A DNA stretch of 64,000 nucleotides from Chrysomallon squamiferum (Eukaryota; Animalia; Mollusca): assembly GCA_012295275.1 (NCBI GenBank), contig CM022679.1, positions 4,774,001 through 4,838,000 on the forward strand, given 5' to 3'. How positions within the stretch are numbered: the stretch's first letter is position 1; every line of letters begins with the position of its first letter. This document shows positions 38,353 through 52,516 of this stretch, piece after piece. The translations under genes and the position numbers were made by a program. A model generated the notes under the pieces. The model was not told the DNA's origin and searched no databases. It saw nothing but the letters and a program-made list of their open reading frames with translations.

Positions 38353-41300
38353 CTGCCGAAGAAAGTTCCTACTATGGAACCTGGAGAGTAAGTTATTTTT
38401 CATTTGTACTTACTGTGTCTCCTTATTGTTACTTATTTATAATGCAGCTGCAGCTGAATTATACATGTCCTTTACATTTCTTTTAGATTGTTGAATGTGT
38501 GTCATTAGCAGGAACCGTAGAAACAACAGGAATTGAAGGGTAAGTCATGGTCGAAGGACTGTTTCATTTTGTTATAATGTTATTATTGTCAAGTTAGCAT
38601 TGAACTAAGCAACGTAATTCATTATTAGAAAGAGAATATTAACCAAAATACTTCTTTTTGTATTGATCCTGAATACAACAGTCTTTTAATGATAACAGTG
38701 GTCACTGTGACTGTCCAATATTAAGCCGAAAATATTTTTTAATAAGTTAATAATTATTTATCTGTCTATAATTAAAAATAAATATAGAAAGAAATAAAGA
38801 AATAAAGAAGAAAAAATTATGCCTTTATACTTAAACATCCGTTGCACTGTTAAACTGGCTTAATTATTTGTAAACAAGTTTTTGTTGATTTGGTTTTTCA
38901 ACTTTTTGGGATGTTAAAATACGATGCACGCATACTTTCATATAACAGTACATCAGTTAAATGTATAGGATAATACAAAACATCTTTTCACTGTAGTCCA
39001 ATTTTTTAAAATAAATGAATAAAAATTATTATATTTATTAAAAAAATATAATAATAAAAAAATTAAAAAAACAAACAACCCAAAAACAAACAAAAAACAA
39101 AACATATATATATATATATCTCAGTAGTATAATAGACTTTGTAAACTAAATATCAATAATATATATAGAGTATGAATGGGAATAACTATAACTGATAACT
39201 AATGACTAGATATAATACTCGTCTATATGCATATAAATAAGCAAGAGAAATATCTGTTAATTAGTTTATCATTTCATCAAATAATTAGTATTAGGTGCAT
39301 AACCCCCACAAAAAACCCATGACAAATTCCCCCCCAAACAACAACAAGACGAGAAAAACACAACCCCCCCCATCAACACAGGTGGACATTAGGTTAATGA
39401 TTAAATGGTGAATTTTCATCAGAAATAATCCAATAATATTTTTTTTCATATTCAAAGCCATTATTAAAATCTGATATTATTGTCCTTTGACTTTGGAACA
39501 TGCACAGAAAGATATTATTAATTTTAAAGCAGGCATACAACAGTAATTACCAGTGTTTTTCCCCTTTTTTTAAAATTATTATCTTCATTATTTTCTAAAA
39601 GCTGCATTTACATAATCATAGGAAAACTGGTATTGTAAATTTTTGTTCTAATTACCAAAAAACTGACTGATTTAATTTATTGTTTGCTCTGTGTTTATAA
39701 TCAGAACTGAATTTCATCTTGATGAAAATGGCGATGTTTCCTGGAAGATTTCTGAAGACGCTGAGCCGATGCCGTTTTTCAACTGTGAAACATACGAGGT
39801 ATGAAAAAATGCTGTGCATTGTGCAGCTGAAACAGTTTTTTGTTTATTTACTGGGAAAAAAAAAGTATTTATTTTTAGTTGAAAAAACAAAACAAAACTA
39901 CTATCCCAACCTGTTTCAGAAAATTTTAATGTGTATGTAATAAATATATTTGTGTGTAACCGTATATTAATGTACATGTATGTGTGTATGATATGTAACA
40001 TACATGTATACATACAAGATGATAACACACACACACACACACATTATTTTTGCTGTAGTTGTATATTTAAAGCACTAGACATATCTGTTAATTTATGCTC
40101 ACTTACAGCATTTTATTAAATATTTTATTACACCAATGTTTGTGTTTAAAATACTGTTACTCACTACTACTCACTGGTTTGTTTTTTATTCTTCAAATAA
40201 TAAATATTAATTTTTCTCCCCCCAGGTTACACCTCGTGCCGGTACATCTCCAGCTGTTTTGAAGTTTATCTGGACGTACGAAGGGCACGTCATAGAGTTC
40301 AGAGTAAGTCACTCATAACTGTTTTATTTGTTATTTATTCAAGCAGACTGTGTAGTCATTTCACATGTTAAAAGAAAAGATTCTGCTTTCTGATCTTATT
40401 TAATGGCTCAGGGTGTGGGTGTGGGTGTGGGTGTGGGTATGGGTATGGGTCGGTGCGTGTGTGGGTGGGTGCATGTATGTGTGTGTGTGTTAATAAAGAT
40501 TCAGTTAATCTATATTTTAAGATGACAGGAGTAAGTAACTCAGATTACATGTAATATACTTCCTTGAAATTATTATTATTATTGATTTTTTTAAATATTT
40601 TGTTTCTTCTAGTAGTACAAATGAAAAGTTTCCAAAATAATGTTTTATTTATGTTTCTGTTTTTTTAGTCATGATACTGATTGCATTCTTTCTCCGTTCA
40701 AGTATTTGTTTTACTTTGATATAGACATCAGCCTTTGCTAACAATAAAGTATGACTGGTGATGTTTTCAGTCATTACACATTACATATAAATTTTCAGGT
40801 AGAAGTTGCAGATGACCTCATGTTGCTAACATATGAAAGGTGTTGTATGTTGCAGTGTCAGAAGGTAAGATTCATTTAAAAAATCATTGTGTGGCTATGA
40901 TTTGTTTGTCATTAAGTGCAGAATGTAGCACCTTTTTTGTAAGTGCTGTTGTGAAAGTAATCAGTGTCCTGAACATGGTTAATAAAATCCTAGTCTTTTT
41001 ACAAATAGTTTTTTTGTGATTAATTTTCTTTCCCCCTTTTTAAAAAGGCTATAAACCCAGATTAAATCTTGAAAAATCACCATGGGAATAAAATGTTTAT
41101 TTTCTGAAATACATCTGTTACAGCTTCCAATTATAATTAAATGATAAGCTTGAGCACATAATGTTTTCTTTGATTCTAACTTGAACTTTCATGTCAGATA
41201 ATTTTCAAAGTAAAGGAGTTCTCTTCTCACTGACTTGATCACTAATAAGTCAATCTCTGAACTGTCTTAACATAATATTGTTAATGTCAACAGATGAATA

Positions 41301-44187
41301 TCTATATCTATAGCTACATGTATCGCTCTATCTGTCTATCTATTTATATATATATGTGTGTGTGTGTGTGTGTATATATGTTATTACATTAATTAATTTC
41401 AGGTATCGTCAAATGGTCCAAAAGATGAGGTTCCATTTTCATTTCTTGGGGCTCTTGAAGAAGGGTACTTTTCAGATCTTGTAGTGAAAGCAGATTCTGG
41501 TAGAGAGGTAAAATTTTAATAATTATCTAACTTGAACTCGTTTTTTTTCCAAATGTGATAAGACCAGAGTATTTCTTGGCCATTAATACTAATGTTATGA
41601 ATGCACTGAGAAAATGTGAGAAAGGGTAGAATTTTAAATATAATTTCTGAGCTGGACTGTCGTCATATTCTTTTATTACCATGTTGAATGTCATCCAGTG
41701 TTGTGGGACATTTTAAGAAATATTTTGGTTTGACAGCTCAGATTTGCAATACCAAACTTATTTGGCCAGAGTTTGTCTTTTACCTGTTGGAAAAAGATTT
41801 TAAAATATTTGTTTCTGTTTTTTTCTTTATTTCTTCAAATGTTTCTAGAGAAGCCTGGCTAGTAGTGCCCCATTGTGAAAATAGAGAAAGGAATGTAAAA
41901 CCAAACTCATTATTTATAAATTTTTATAATTTCACTATATGATTCGTTGTACTTTTATGACCAGGGTAAAATCTAAGCCTGGGGTGTCAGCCTTCAATAA
42001 TATTGAAAAAAGGGCACTGAAAAGAAATACAAAAATAAAACAGGCTTAGAATATCATGTTTCAGAGAATTAAAAACCTTTGCACTAATCTGTCATCATCG
42101 TCATTCAGCTGAATTATGTTATGAGATGTTATTCTGTGTGAATTCATTATGATTCTTGGAGTTGAAACACTTTTTACACCTTAATCTTAAAGAGACTTTA
42201 TCACTGAAAGACAAGAAAATTGTATATTAGAATCACTTAAATACTCTCACAAAAGGAATCATTCATTTCACAAACCAGTCTTGAGATATCGCTTAATGAA
42301 ACCTCCTCCGATTTATTCTTACACACCAGCCCATTCCTGACATTCTTTGATTTTTTTTAAAAATTCAAAAATCTTTTTTTTTTTTTAATAAGTTCTAAGA
42401 TCATTTTTTTTTTTAATAATAACTTCAAAGATCTTTTTTATTTTAAAATTCAAAAATCTTTATTCTATTTTTTTTGTTTTTTTTTAAATTTTAAATTTTC
42501 AGTTTAAAGTACACTCAGTGATACTGCAGCTGAGTTGTGCTGAGATGGACTGGACTTCGAGCCCTCCCCCGCTGTCTGGACTGAAAGCAGACGTCCTGGA
42601 GGCGACGCTGCACTACCTGTACGCAGAGTGTCTGCCCCGGGGGATGTCGGAGGACACGGCCAGGGCGTGTATCAAGTCTGTGGGGAAGCTGCCGGGATTC
42701 GCCCGATTCTCCCAACTCTGTGATACGTTTCTGAAAAACGCTGCACTGAAACAACGTAAGTGAAAAACAGTCTGGGATATGTGAGTTAGTGATTGAAAAA
42801 CAGTCTGGGATTTGTGAATTAGTGATTGAAGAACAATCTGCAGGCTCACAGATTTGTGAATTACTGATAGAAGAACAATCTGCTGGCTTGCGGATTTTTG
42901 GAAATTAGTGATAAAACACAATTTAAATAATAATATAATGTTGTGACGTTGGCTCGAAAATTTTATATAACGATAAAATCTTGTGACTAGAATCGTATCG
43001 TGATAATTTTAGATGATAGTAAAATACTGTGACACTGGCAACGGTTTGAAAAGTATTCATAATCACACAATGGTGTGACCATTTTTTGTCTTGAAAATTG
43101 TCTGTAATAATAAAATGTTTTGACCACCGTGTTGAAATGTTTAGAATGAATAATAATTACATGTCATTTTGTTAATTAAAATTAAGAAAATTTAAAAAAG
43201 AAATGTATAAACTGTAATAATAATATTTAAGAATCATCAAACTATTTTGAAGTTTTTCATTTTTTTTTAAAAGGTTAGAAAGAAAAAAAAAATTCCAGAA
43301 AATGAAAAGCTGTTATCCATGAAAAAAAAAAAAAAAAAGTACCTAATAAGAACAAAATCAATTTAAAAAAGTCAAATTATTCAAAAACCAAGCATTTAAC
43401 TATTAAAAGCTTATAACAATAACAACAACAACAAGAAGAAAAAATAAAATGGTAAAATAATTCTGTAAAAGAAAAGAAAAAATAATCAAATATGTAAAAT
43501 AAGCAAACTTTTCCTTCGTCAGTCAGTGTGATCTTGATTTTGTTAGTGCACATTTTTAATACAAATTAACCTTGATAATTAAATGTAACAGTTACATTCT
43601 AACAAACTGTTTTTTTTTTCCTCAAAAACTTTTTGTTAATAACATTTTCTTTATTCCTACTGCAGAAATAATTAACTTAATAACTGACATGCATGGCTGT
43701 GCAGACAGAATTATTGAACTCTTTACTGTGAAGGGAGCTAACTCTGTCGACGGTCATTTTGCTGTTGACTGCAGTTTGGTTTCGAACCCAGCAAAACTGT
43801 GTTACGTGGTGAGACAGGCTCTGAGGGAAGCAGCTGTAGGTAGGTCATTAATAATTAATTTATGTTAATATTCTACTCTGATTGCTTAACTGATTTGTAA
43901 CAAAGACTGTAATAGGGTACAAATTTATGCATTAACTCTTCTGCTCTTTTAACTCGATAATGTTAATAGTTTGGTAATGTTAATAACTTTTTAATTTTGT
44001 ATTTCAGTGTTGATAATTAATTAAATATTATCCATATTGCTCATTAGTAATAAAATGATTTCAAACAGTAAATATTTTATGTTCCTGTTTTTATTATTAT
44101 TATTATTATTATTAATGTTGTTACTACCATTAATACTTGTATTATTATTATTATTATTATTAATGTTTTTATTACCATTAATGTTTA

Positions 44188-44259
<72 letters not shown>

Positions 44260-44294
44260 TGTTATTACCATTAATATTTGTATTATTATTGTTA

Positions 44295-44330
<36 letters not shown>

Positions 44331-47300
44331 TTTATTTCTCACAGCCTGTGCTAAGCTGTTAATTTTGTGTGACTTGTTTTCTAAGAGGAAGGGAGAATTG
44401 TCAAGAGAAGAGAGACATGAAATCATGAAATACGCCAAATCAAGGTTTGCTAAAAAAAAATAAAAACACATTAAAAAAAACCCCCAAAACACCTATTTAT
44501 GTTGATTTGGGTAACAGAAGACTATAAAAACTAAGAAATATGCCAAATCAATTTTTACTAAAATAATGCCATTTTTGTTATTAACAAAAGAGTTAAAATG
44601 AAAAGATCATAAAAAAAAATTACTTAAATGTACTTAATATATTTTACTAATCAAACTGTTGGAAAAGAATCAGATAAACCAAAAACAAGAACTTCGAGCA
44701 GTGAAGAAGAAGTGTGAATGAAAAATAGTTTTATTATTTTCAATTACTGAAGGTCAGATCTAGGCAAGACTGGAGTAATTTTCAGTTTTTGGTTACTACT
44801 TTTGTTTTCATTTAACCAATGCAATAGATTTTAGTTAATGGTTCACTTTCAGCTTTTATAACATACCAATGTGTGTATGTATGTTTTGTGTTAATATATA
44901 TGTATATTTATATATACACGTGTGTGTATACACAATTTTTGTTTTTGCTTCAGACTGCCAATCTTCATGAACCAGCTACACAGGTTTCTAGAAGTGTGTA
45001 AGGAACATGCTGACCAGCTGAGTGTGGCACAAAGAGAGGAGATAGCCAACTACCTAGTACCTGAGGTAAATTATGTACCTGCATGACAGGTAGAAATACA
45101 GGTGCGGGTCTGTTACAGGTTTTGAAATCAGTTGTGTGCTGAAGAAATCTAAGAGAATGTTGTGATTTCATGTTCTGCTAGATGTTGTAAAAGAATAAAA
45201 AAATAAAATTAAAAAGATGTTTAAAAATAGTCTTTATTCATTGACAGTCATATTAGAAAGGTATCAGAACTGGTTGTGAATATAGAAAAGAAAAGTGAAC
45301 TGATGTGTTCAGATGGGTTCAGTGAGTTTGTTTTGACAGAGAAGTGGAGTGAATTGTCTTCATTCTGTTTTAAACAAAAAAACCACTGACCTGTTTGTAT
45401 TTGTTAAACTCAGACTGGTAACTGTCTTCATATTGTTTATATTTAGTAACAATTTTTCTTTTGTTAAATGTTTCGTTTTGCCATTCTCTGTTGCAGCTTG
45501 TTGTTACACTGGAGATGATGTCTAAGTTTGCACAGGAGACGAAGGCAGCGTTGGAGCAGATTATTGCTGCCAGCAACGCTGCAGAGAAGTCAGAACGTGG
45601 AGACAAACACAAGAAAAGTCACATGGGCGATGTCCTCGGAAAGGCTCTGAAAAATGTAATCTTATTTTTTTTTGTATTATTATATTTTTTTTTAGATATG
45701 ATGGTTCATATTTAATAAAAAAAAATTAAAAAAAGCTTATTTTTACAACAAAAAAAAAAAAAAATCATCTTCAGAAGTTGCATTTTTTAATTTTACTTAT
45801 TTTTTAATTTAAAAGTTTATAAACATGTTTATAAATATTTAATATATTATTCGGTCTTATTACAAATCAATTGCATAAAGATTACATTTTTTTTTTAATA
45901 TATATATATATTAAAATTTATTCATAAAGTTGCTTAAAATGACTGAGTAATTACAAAATTTGGAAAACTTAATTGTATTCATGCACATTTCATTCAGGTT
46001 TTGTCAGTTAAAACATTCCTTTGTATTGAAGTTTCTTGTTAGAAAATAATCATATGTTTTTTAGTTTTTTTGGTATTTCATGAATAAGGATTCCATTCAA
46101 TTTTTAATAACATTAAAAAAAAAAAAATTTAAATGCTGATTTGTTTTTCAGTTTAAATTTCACCAAGATGCTGAATATAATGCCTTGCTTTCAGTTATTT
46201 AATACTTAAATCTGTGAAGTTACTGAAGAAAAATTATTTGTATTTCATAAAGGCGCTGCACATCAAAGAGTTGAAAAAACTCAAAAGTTTTCATGAGAGG
46301 ACAACGACAAGCTTCATGCATTTAATGCAGAAAAAGTAAGACTTGCAGTTTTATTTAGAATTATTTAAGTTTTCAGTTTTTAGGTACTAGAACATTATCT
46401 CAGTTAAAAAACTGAGTTAGTAGTTTTACATCTTTTTCGTGTTTTATGAATTTTACTGTTTTGTTAAAATGGTATTTTCTGAGTGTTGGAATTTTAGGAA
46501 TATGGTATTTTCTGAGTTTTGCTATTTTAGTTTACAATTTTAGCAAGTGTTAACATTTCCATCCAAACTCTTACAAATGTATGAAAAAACATTCTCATAT
46601 ATATATATATCTCAGGCATACCAATTACACACCTATCTCAATTAAGAATATAATCTGTGTACATTAAACACACAATTTTATATATATGTGTGTGTGTAGA
46701 GTTTAACAGTGGATATCTTTTCCACAGAGATCATTTTTGTATGATGTCACAAAGGGAAAAGGTTCGAGCCACATCTAAAAACCTAGAACAGTTAGCTGAC
46801 GAGGTAACCATTTAAAATCAGTTTTATTTTATATTTTGTATTAGTTTTTTTTTAGGATTATCTGTGTAATGAGGATGTTGTGTTAGTGAGTGTGCTTGTT
46901 TGTAATGTGCTGTGTTTCAGGATAAATCCTGCTGTAGGTTTTTCAAATTATTTTCATCTCTTGCCTATGTCAAATGATTAGTGTGTGTGTGTGTGTGTGT
47001 GTGTTTAAATGTATATATCACACCATTGTAATTTATCTATCTGCCTGCCTGTCTCTGTCTTACTGTCTGTCTATACAGGTATATATATATATATATATAC
47101 AAAGATAGACTGTTAGAGAGATAGATATAGATAGAATATATTTGTGTGACATATACATTTATATAGACTAGGAGAAAAGCATACAAACGGTTATTGCTTC
47201 TAATAAATAATTTTTGCAAACATATGAGTAAAACTTTGTCAATGCTCATCTGAAATGTCTGAACCAAATATTTATACCAAGACAGAAAAAGATATCATTT

Positions 47301-49144
47301 TTATTTTTTTTATAATTTTATTTTTTGTTTTTGCTGTTGGTAAGGTAAGTATAATGTTTATTTTGGCTAAAAGGAGAGAGTTTTATTTTCTTAGTCAAAA
47401 ATCTTCTGGGCTTTTTCTGTTTGAATATTTTCTGTTGATAATGTAAGTATAATGTTTATTTTGACTAAAAGGAGAGTTTTTATCCTGTGATAAATTGTTT
47501 AATTTTTTAAATGTTTTTGCTATTGGTAAGATAAGTATGTTTATTTTGGCTAAAAGGAGAGAGTTTTTTTTTAATTTCTGTTAAAATTGTTTGTCTTCAG
47601 GTTCCTCATTTTCTCACGAGGCTGAAGGAACTGATGTCAGCTCTTGACGAGAAGGTGACATGGAGAGAATGGAAATATCTCTTTAAACTCGGCACTTCCA
47701 AAGTTGTAAGTCATTTTGTACAGTTTACTGACAACAGAGGATTCAGATCTTAACGAAATGAATCACGGAATAATAGTTAGCTAGCAGTTGCAGGTCACGT
47801 ATCAATGTACTGCCATCTTATAAAATCCATGTCAAGGTCAAACAGTATTTCTCTTTAAAAAAAAACATTTTTTTTTTTTACTTTTTGATTTAACTGTATA
47901 AATTATAAAGTTACATCTTATTAAAATGCAAAATGACACAAAAAATAGGGAAAATAGGGAGAAAAAAGGGAAAAGTGTTTGTAAATTTACTTTAATTAAT
48001 AAACATCATTAATTGTATTACTATTCATCTGGACTGATTTATTTGGTAAGTGTAAGGAGAGGGAGACATTACAAAAGCTAAATTCCATGAATATAAGAGG
48101 AATATTGACAGGTATGAGAATGAGAATATATTCATAATTATTTTAAATTCTGGACAGAAAGGGAAAAAACAAGCTGAAATACATTTTACATAGTTTTAAA
48201 TTAGTATTTGATTTGTGTATTGTGGTGTCCAGTGTTTGCTAAACATATTTTACATACATTTAAATTTAGTATTTGATTTGTTTGTGGTGTCCAGTATTTG
48301 CTAAACGACTGTTTGTTTGTGTCAGGCGTGGGGTTTAGGCAAAGTGCTGGCTAACAAGTCGACAGTGCAGTCGCTGATTGACCAGGTGTGTGACATGGCA
48401 AACAGAGAACAGTTCACAATGTCGCTGGCCTCCCTTGGACTCGTCTCGAAAGAACCAAGTCAGGAGTCTCCAGCAAACTGCGCCAAGTCAATGTCACAGC
48501 CAGCTTCTACGAAATATGCACAGGTACAGAAAACTGTTCAATTTAAACATGCAAAGGGTTGTTTATATCCATCAGGATGTTCTCCATCTTCCAGGGTTTC
48601 ATCTGTTTGTGTGATCTCCCACATACTAGGGGTGGGTGTGTCTATCAGGGTGATTCTATCTGCTAGGGTGTGGTGGTCTGCAACTGCCAGGGCTTTTAAT
48701 ATCAAGGTCCAGGTTGTATATATTCCAGGGTGATCTCTCTTTACAAGGGGTATATCTATCAGTGTTCTTGATCTGGCAGTATGATCTGCATTTAACATGG
48801 GTACATCTACCAAGGTGGTCTCCATTTATTAGTTTGAGTCTGTTAGGATAATCTGTATCTACCAGGGGTTTGTCTTTTAGGGTAATTAAAAAATGACTGT
48901 ATAAAGGGTGACCCGGTGACTTCCAGCCACAAGAGAAATATCTGTCAGGATAAATCTCCATCTACCAGTGTCTCCTGTATCAGCTTCCTCTCAGACTTGA
49001 TAGTAAAAACTTTTAATATGTATGTTGTATCGTAATGTGAAAAACAATGTAACGTATGTATAGTTAATACAAAATGTTTATTTAGATGTTTATTTTTAGT
49101 TAACATCAAACACTATGTATGTGTAACTAATACATAATGGTTGT

Positions 49145-49187
<43 letters not shown>

Positions 49188-49314
49188 TTATAACATTTTA
49201 TGCATATTCTGATAGTATACAGAATATTTATTTATTTACTGTTAACATCACATGTTTAATAGTATACAGAAAAGTTATTTATTTATTTATTTATTTATTT
49301 ATATATTTTTATAT

Positions 49315-49361
<47 letters not shown>

Positions 49362-50943
49362 TATATTTTTATATTTACTTAATTATTTATTTACTGTTAA
49401 TATATCTCTAAAATATAGTATAGACAATAGTTATGTGTTTGTTTTCAGCTAAGTTCTATAGAATCACTATGCATACAGTCCTGTAATAGAATGGTTGTGT
49501 GTTTGTTTTCAGCTAAGTTCTATAGAATCACTATGCACGCAGTCCTGTAATAGAATGGTTGTGTGTTTGTTTTCAGCTAAGTTCTATAGAGTCACTGATG
49601 CATACAGTCCTGTAACATGAATGGTCGTATGTTTGTTTTCAGCTAAGTTTTATAGTGTTTTATTATTTTAATTCCTGTTATTGAGCAAAAAGAAGAGAAA
49701 TACATATCTGAGGATAAAATATTTTTCTGAGTCTGTATAGGTCAGGTAATTTTCACTGACATGACGTTTGAAATGGCAAGATGCATTCAGTAAAAGTTTA
49801 TTTTAATAATAATGTATTGTTTATTTAATCCTTGTTATTGAATAAAATAATATAACAATACATTATATTTCAGTGATAAAATAATAATTTTATAGAAGTC
49901 ATTATAGTTCAATAATAGTAATTTTCATAAAATGTTTAAATAATTTTAACAACAAAAAAAAAAATAATAAGAATAAAACACTTAATAAATAATAATATAT
50001 TGTAATAAGTGTCTGAAGTGCAACAATAATAATAATAATAATAACAACAACAAAAATAATTTTTTTTTTTTTTTTACAAGATGGAGGTGACATTGTGATT
50101 GACCACACAAGGGGGATGCTGTGACACGGGTGGAAGAAGGTGAGGTCGAAGTTCAGGAGGTCAGAGCTCACTGTGTGATAATAGCATCTAGATGTGACTG
50201 GTTCAGACGAGCTTTACTCAGTGGAATGAAGGAATCAATTCACAAGTGAGATTCTTTTCTTTTTCTATGTTATACACAATACATATAACTGAGACATATA
50301 CATACTAATTCCTATGCACAGAATTTATATTTAATCACCAAATTTTACATTGTAAACAGATGTAAAAAGACTTTATTCCATTTATTATTAAAATTTCAGT
50401 GTTGTTTTTTTTTTTTTTTAGTTCAAACAAACTGATTTATAGTATATGTAGACCAGTATATCCTGATCTGTTTTTATTTTTTTTCCCCTATTCTTTCTGT
50501 TCAGAATAGATTATGTTGTTTATATAAACAGTCAGTCCCATAAATATATACTATTCTAGAGTCACACATAAATAGATACTCATCTAGAGTCACACATAAA
50601 TAGATACTCATCTAGAGTCACACAAATATATACTCATCTAGAGTCACACACAAATATATACTCATCTAGAGTCACACACAAATATATACTCATCTAGAGT
50701 CACACATAAATATATACTCATCTAGAGTCACACACAAATATATACTCATCTAATCATATATACTCATCTAGAGTCACACACAAATATATACATCTGGAGA
50801 AAATATATACTCAAAGAGTCATACATTAATGAACGTTTATGCTGTCATAAATTAATTTTACACGTAAGAACTACATAAATGCATTTAACAGAAGCCTCGA
50901 TCAAATCAGTTAAACCCATCCATGCATATATACATACATACAT

Positions 50944-50992
<49 letters not shown>

Positions 50993-52413
50993 CAACAGAT
51001 GCATGTGCAACTTCTACAGATACATCTTCTCTCATACACAGACAATGTAACAAAACTTCACTTGTGTTGTATAATACTTTGGTGTTTTGATATTTCCAGA
51101 AAAATCACAGTGCACGACACAAACCCCTGAACTGTTCCAGCTGTTTTTAGAATATCTCTATAGTGGTTACCTAGACACGAGTGAACTGTCCACAGAACAG
51201 CTCGCAGACATGATGACTCTTTGTGATAGATATGAGGTTTGTTACTTTGCAGCCAGTTCTAACATGAAACTGGGTACCACTCAATAAACAGTTCTTGTAA
51301 AATAGTATTTTCATGTAACTGATAGAGGTAATACAAAACTAGATGTTACTTCAGAATCTGTTCCATAACACCAGTAAAATTATTTATTGTTCCAGATGTG
51401 TATCTGTAAGTAACAATTCATAATAATAATATTATATTATGATATTTAGATCATACTTTTGTTGCTAATAACACAAAGAAAATGATTATATTATGATAGC
51501 CTTATAAATGTTTCTTTATTGCCTGTAGCACTTGGGTCTCTCTGAAAATAAACGGCAAGTTTCATGTTTACAAATTAAATATTCACGTTCTCTCAAACGT
51601 ATGATATGAGATAAATAATATTCAAATGGACTTTAACACTGTATATATATATATATATATATATACATAAACGGCAGAATGTTGGTGTTAGTACTGACTG
51701 TTAAGGTGTGTTTTCAGACTGACAGTGTGAAGTACTTGTGTGAACACACTCTGAAAGACCACGTGGATGACGAGACTGCTCTTTACTTGTTGAGTCTGGC
51801 AGATCAGCTGCACTGCAAAGAGCTGAGGGTAACAAATAATCTGTTCTGTTGTTCTCCCACTGTTAAAGAAGCATTTTAATAATGCTTATACAGGAACTTT
51901 AGAACAAATGGTACTGCATCGTAATGTTATAAAGCTGTTAAAAGAATTAGTGTTAATACTGTTATGAATTCATGTAAAAGGAATGTTTTTAATTGTATTT
52001 TTTTCTAAATTAATTAATTATTTGTAAATTTACATGCAAATGAGATTCTTAAAATAGATATAAAATGTATGTGACAGAATACCTGGGTGTCAGACAATGA
52101 ACACACACACACATTCACACACACGTGTATGTATGTGTGTGTGTGTTTTTGTGTGTGTATGTTGATGTGTGTTTAAAATGTTTGAGTCTGTTTTCACCCG
52201 AGGAGACACTGTTTGCAGTATGTGACAGAACACCCGAGCCTGGCAGACAGTGAAGTGTTTGAAGATCTTCCAGATCACCTACAAGCTGAAGTGGAAGATG
52301 CTATTGCTTGGCATGGGTACGAAGTGTTGTCATCAGCATTTCAGTGAAGTGACAGATTATTCAATTTTAATAATATTAGAAATAATAACAACAACAACAA
52401 CAACAACAACAAC

Positions 52414-52459
<46 letters not shown>

Positions 52460-52482
52460 GTTATAATGGTAATAAAAACAAC

Positions 52483-52516
<34 letters not shown>

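Noticed and set aside
48524-48970. ORF extensions and antisense ORFs after BTB exon 15
   Set aside because: Intron made of degenerate tctccatctaccaggg repeats; good donor at 48524.
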